The notes beneath the pieces were generated by a model. The model was not told the DNA's origin. It was given only the letters and a program-made list of their open reading frames with translations, and did no database searches. Of a stretch of DNA of 20,148 bases, positions 16,117 to 20,148 are shown piece by piece. The DNA is taken from IMG/VR virus record IMGVR_UViG_2541047958_000001, positions 1 through 20,148 of that record. One strand, given 5' to 3'. Origin of the DNA: a virus. Taxonomy: Duplodnaviria; Heunggongvirae; Uroviricota; Caudoviricetes. The first letter of the stretch is position 1. Each line of letters opens with the position of its first letter. The position numbers and the translations under genes are program-made.

Positions 16117-16437
16117 TTAGATGCATCGACATTTGATGATGCTTGTCAGACCTGTCATTTTCTTTGCTTCATTTTCAACATTGAGGAAGTTGGTTGAGCA
16201 TATTTTTTGATAATCTCCAGTTGTGAATCCTGTTTTATCGATCTTGCGTTTCAAGGGATTAATCGTTTTGCAAGATGCTCTATGGATTCTGGTAAAGCGT
16301 TCGTCAGATTTATTACCTTTACCTCTGGTTCGCTTCAATGCATTGACAACATATCCGTCTGGATTATCGCCAAGCCAATTACGATAGTCTGATTCACTCT
16401 CAGTCTGAAGGTCACTTCTGAATACCTTTATGGACAT
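16117..16437 (-). CDS. Hypothetical 106-aa protein (possibly YbcV-like lysogenic-conversion slot gene)
   Basis: ATG at 16437 with AGGAG SD 7 nt upstream (ORF-track start at 16455 lacks an SD); transcribed opposite to the lysis cassette. Confidence 0.5.
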   Translation of the reverse strand: MSIKVFRSDLQTESESDYRNWLGDNPDGYVVNALKRTRGKGNKSDERFTRIHRASCKTINPLKRKIDKTGFTTGDYQKICSTNFLNVENEAKKMTGLTSIIKCRCI

Positions 16438-16863
16438 GAAGATACTCCTGTGCATTTATGGTACGAAGAAATAGCAAAAGTATTTTTACCGTAAATTGCG
16501 AATCTACAAAAGCAAAACAATGCGTAATATCAGAGTGAATATTCTGCCTTTAATGTGGGTCCTTCTGATGACCTGAGCTCTCACGGGGCGGGAGCGTCGC
16601 GGAAAAAGGCTAGTTTTTGCATTTTTATCGGCCACCATTATCTTTGCATCTTATTGATTATTAATGGTTATTTGTTTTTTGTATGTCGAATTGAGCGGTT
16701 TTTGTTCGACATCGAACGCGTTTTCTTAAAGTTGTTCGCACGATGCATGTTTAAAGCTCTCCGGAGGAAATATGGATCATGAGTTGAAAAACTTGGTGCT
16801 GAATATTAATCAACTGGCGGCTTTAGCCGCTGGCGCATCGAGCAGTGCAGCGAACTGAGCGCG

Positions 16864-17127
16864 GTGAGTGCCTCTTTTGTACTGTCCACGCCGACGGAAA
16901 CGGACGGTGCCGTTTTTCCGGGACGTATCATGCTGGCCAACACCTGCACCTGGACCTATCGCGGTGACGAGTGCGGTTATCACGGTCCGGCGGTCGCGGA
17001 TGAATATGATCAGCCGACGTCCGATATCACGAAGGATAAATGCAGCAAATGCCTGAGCGGCTGTAAGTTTCGCAATAACGTCGGCAACTTTGGCGGCTTC
17101 CTTTCCATTAACAAACTTTCGCAGTGA
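16864..17127 (+). pseudogene. C-terminal remnant of minor tail protein L (about last 80 codons; open frame extends back to about 16810)
   Basis: ...CTWTYRGDECGYHGPAVADEYDQPTSDITKDKCSKCLSGCKFRNNVGNFGGFLSINKLSQ matches the lambda L C-terminus (from memory); no N-terminal part or start with SD. Confidence 0.7.
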
Positions 17128-17132
17128 ATCCC

Positions 17133-17876
17133 ATGACAGAGACAGAATCAGCGATTCTGGCGCACGCCCGGCGATGTGCGCCAGCGGAGTCGTGCGGCTT
17201 CGTGGTGAGAACACCGGAGGGGGAAAGATATTTTCCCTGCGTGAATATCTCTGGTGAGCCGGAGGCGTATTTCCGGATGTCGCCGGAGGACTGGCTGAGT
17301 GCAGAAATGCAGGGAGAGATTGTGGCGCTGGTCCACAGCCACCCCGGTGGTCTGCCCTGGCTGAGTGAGGCCGACCGGCGGCTGCAGGTGCAGAGTGATT
17401 TGCCGTGGTGGCTGGTCTGCCGGGGGGCGATTCATAAATTCCGCTGTGTGCCGCATCTCACCGGGCGGCGCTTTGAGCACGGGGTGACGGACTGTTACAC
17501 GCTGTTCCGGGACGCTTACCATCTGGCGGGAATTGAGATGCCGGATTTTCATCGCGGGGATGACTGGTGGCGTCACGGCCAGAATCTCTATCTTGACAAT
17601 ATGGAGGCAACGGGTTTTTACCGTGTCCCACTGACAGAGGCGCAGCCTGGCGACGTGCTGCTGTGCTGTTTTGGTTCATCGGTGCCGAATCATGCCGCCA
17701 TTTACTGTGGCGACGGCGAGCTGCTGCACCATATTCCTGAACAACTGAGTAAACGAGAGAGGTACACCGACAAATGGCAGCGACGCACACACTCCCTCTG
17801 GCGTCACCGGGCATGGCACGCATCTGCCTTTACGGGGATTTGCAACGATTTGGTCGCCGTATCGACCTTCGTGTGA
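17133..17876 (+). CDS. K: Tail tip assembly protein K (JAB/MPN plus NlpC/P60 domains)
   Basis: MTETESAILAHARRCAPAESCGFVV... HSHP (JAMM motif) ... Cys-His peptidase region; lambda K-like (from memory). Confidence 0.9.
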   Translation: MTETESAILAHARRCAPAESCGFVVRTPEGERYFPCVNISGEPEAYFRMSPEDWLSAEMQGEIVALVHSHPGGLPWLSEADRRLQVQSDLPWWLVCRGAIHKFRCVPHLTGRRFEHGVTDCYTLFRDAYHLAGIEMPDFHRGDDWWRHGQNLYLDNMEATGFYRVPLTEAQPGDVLLCCFGSSVPNHAAIYCGDGELLHHIPEQLSKRERYTDKWQRRTHSLWRHRAWHASAFTGICNDLVAVSTFV

Positions 17877-18421
17877 AAACGGGGGCTGAAGCCATCCGGG
17901 CACTGGCCACACAGCTCCCGGTGTTTCGTCAGAAACTGAATGAGGGCTGGTATCAGGTGCGCATTGCCGGGCGTGATGCAGGCGAAAATGAATTATCTGC
18001 CCGTCTTAATGAGCCGCTGGCAAATGGTGCCGTGATCCACATCGTGCCGCGTCTGGCGGGAGCTAAAAGTGGCGGTGTGTTTCAGGTGGTGCTTGGGGCG
18101 GCGCTGATTGCGGTGGCATGGTGGAACCCTGTGGGCTGGCTGGGGGCCGCGGCTGTATCGGGCATGTATGCGGCAGGGGCCAGTATGATCCTGGGCGGAG
18201 TGGCGCAGATGCTGGCACCGAAAGCCAGGACGCCCACGGCAGCCAGTACAGATAACGGCAAACAGAACACCTATTTCTCCTCACTGGATAACATGGTTGC
18301 CCAGGGCAATGTTCTGCCTGTTCTGTACGGTGAAATGCGCGTGGGGTCACGTGTGGTTTCTCAGGAGATCAGCACGGCAGACGAAGGGGATGGTGGTCAG
18401 GTTGTGGTGATTGGTCGCTGA
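17774..18421 (+). CDS. I: Tail tip assembly protein I
   Basis: MAATHTLPLASPGMARICLYGDLQRFGRRIDLRVKTGAEAIRALATQLP... and C-terminus ...GEMRVGSRVVSQEISTADEGDGGQVVVIGR match lambda I (from memory). Confidence 0.9.
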   Translation: MAATHTLPLASPGMARICLYGDLQRFGRRIDLRVKTGAEAIRALATQLPVFRQKLNEGWYQVRIAGRDAGENELSARLNEPLANGAVIHIVPRLAGAKSGGVFQVVLGAALIAVAWWNPVGWLGAAAVSGMYAAGASMILGGVAQMLAPKARTPTAASTDNGKQNTYFSSLDNMVAQGNVLPVLYGEMRVGSRVVSQEISTADEGDGGQVVVIGR

Positions 18422-18439
18422 TGCAAAATGTTTTATGTG

Positions 18440-18467
18440 AAACCGCCTCCGGGCGGTTTTGTCGTTT
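18440..18467 (+). terminator. Stem-loop AAACCGCC-TCCG-GGCGGTTT followed by a U-poor tail, between I and J
   Basis: 8-bp stem, 4-nt loop, followed by TGTCGTTT; weak terminator or attenuator. Confidence 0.3.
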
Positions 18468-18481
18468 ATGGAGCGTGAGGA

Positions 18482-18648
18482 ATGGGTAAAGGCAGCAGTA
18501 AGGGGCATACCCCGCGCGAAGCAAAGGACAACCTGAAGTCCACGCAGTTGCTGAGTGTGATCGATGCCATCAGCGAAGGGCCGGTTGAAGGTCCGGTGGA
18601 TGGATTAAAAAGCGTGCTGCTGAACAGTACACCGGTGCTGGACAGTGA
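18482..18648 (+). pseudogene. N-terminal stub of tail fibre/tip protein J (about 55 codons), fused to unrelated sequence (ORF runs on to 18736)
   Basis: MGKGSSKGHTPREAKDNLKSTQLLSVIDAISEGPVEGPVDGLKSVLLNSTPVLDSE matches the lambda J N-terminus (from memory); lambda J exceeds 1100 aa; homology stops near 18648. Confidence 0.7.
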
Positions 18649-19021
18649 GCGCATGAGTGCATGTCTATGGCGCATGAAAACGCATGAGTCTCATGCACCA
18701 TTTTTGACGCGAAAGCCCTTGTGTGGTGGCTTCTGAGACGATTAATGAGGTGCATGAAAACCAGTCTGTTAAGTGAAGCGGGAAGGCGTGCGGGGCTGCG
18801 CACGTAGCAGGCTTAAATGGTCAATTCTGGCGCAGCTCACGACATTAAGTCAGCCTCAATAGATGTAAGTGTTGGTAGGGGTAATTCGCTACTTTTTTGT
18901 ATCCTAAATTGTATGGTTTGATGCTGATCGTTTCTTCACCGCACCTGCAGAGATATCAATTCAATGTGGACAAAAATGAGTCTGGCTCTTTCCGTATCAC
19001 TAGAATTGCCAGTATTGTTAG

Positions 19022-20148
<1,127 letters not shown>

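Larger units (their letters stand above)
2398..18650. mobile_element. Defective mosaic lambdoid prophage (P22-type int/xis, lambda-type Red and immunity/replication layout, phage-21-type late/lysis module, lambda-type tail remnants)
   Basis: Canonical gene order att-int-xis-early-Red-pL-cI-cro-cII-O-P-Q-lysis-tail with multiple deletions (P/nin region, head genes, most tail genes) and an IS1 insertion. Confidence 0.85.

Noticed and set aside
16555-16782. 75-aa plus-strand ORF in the non-coding interval upstream of the L remnant
   Set aside because: No SD, composition typical of random AT-rich sequence (MGPSDDLSSHGAGASRKKASFCIF...); probably not coding.
18570-18803. 77-aa minus-strand ORF overlapping the J stub
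   Set aside because: Antisense to the J-homologous segment and crossing the breakpoint; no SD.

Overview
This window is a decayed, mosaic lambdoid prophage of E. coli type, lying next to a second integrase-bearing AT-rich island. All family assignments are from reading the translations and from memory; no database search was run. Left to right: (i) an AT-rich island edge (1-2276, minus strand) carrying a VbhA/YhfG-like small protein, a 315-aa polytopic membrane protein and a tyrosine integrase; (ii) a 49-nt 3' fragment of tRNA-Thr(CGU) at 2335-2383, which looks like an att core shared by two elements; (iii) the prophage proper (about 2398-18650): P22-type int/xis, two small early genes, an ea8.5-like gene split by a complete IS1 with 9-bp target duplication, lambda-like orf63/orf60a, an intact Red module (exo, bet, gam), a 96-aa ORF in the N position, an oL/pL-like region, an orphan AT-rich 287-aa gene with its own terminator in the rexAB-equivalent slot after cI, cI, oR/pR, cro, a cII-position gene, O with embedded ori iterons, a P remnant, a ylcG-like small ORF, Q, an NmpC/Lc-type porin moron, a phage-21-type lysis cassette (pinholin, SAR endolysin, Rz/Rz1), a 106-aa unknown gene, then tail remnants (L C-terminus, intact K and I, 55-codon J stub); (iv) an IS5 copy running off the right edge. 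No CRISPR array, rRNA or intact tRNA was seen. The best candidate for an undescribed system is the orphan 287-aa gene at 8339-9202; the integrase-linked membrane protein plus VbhA-like pair at 1-1162 is second.
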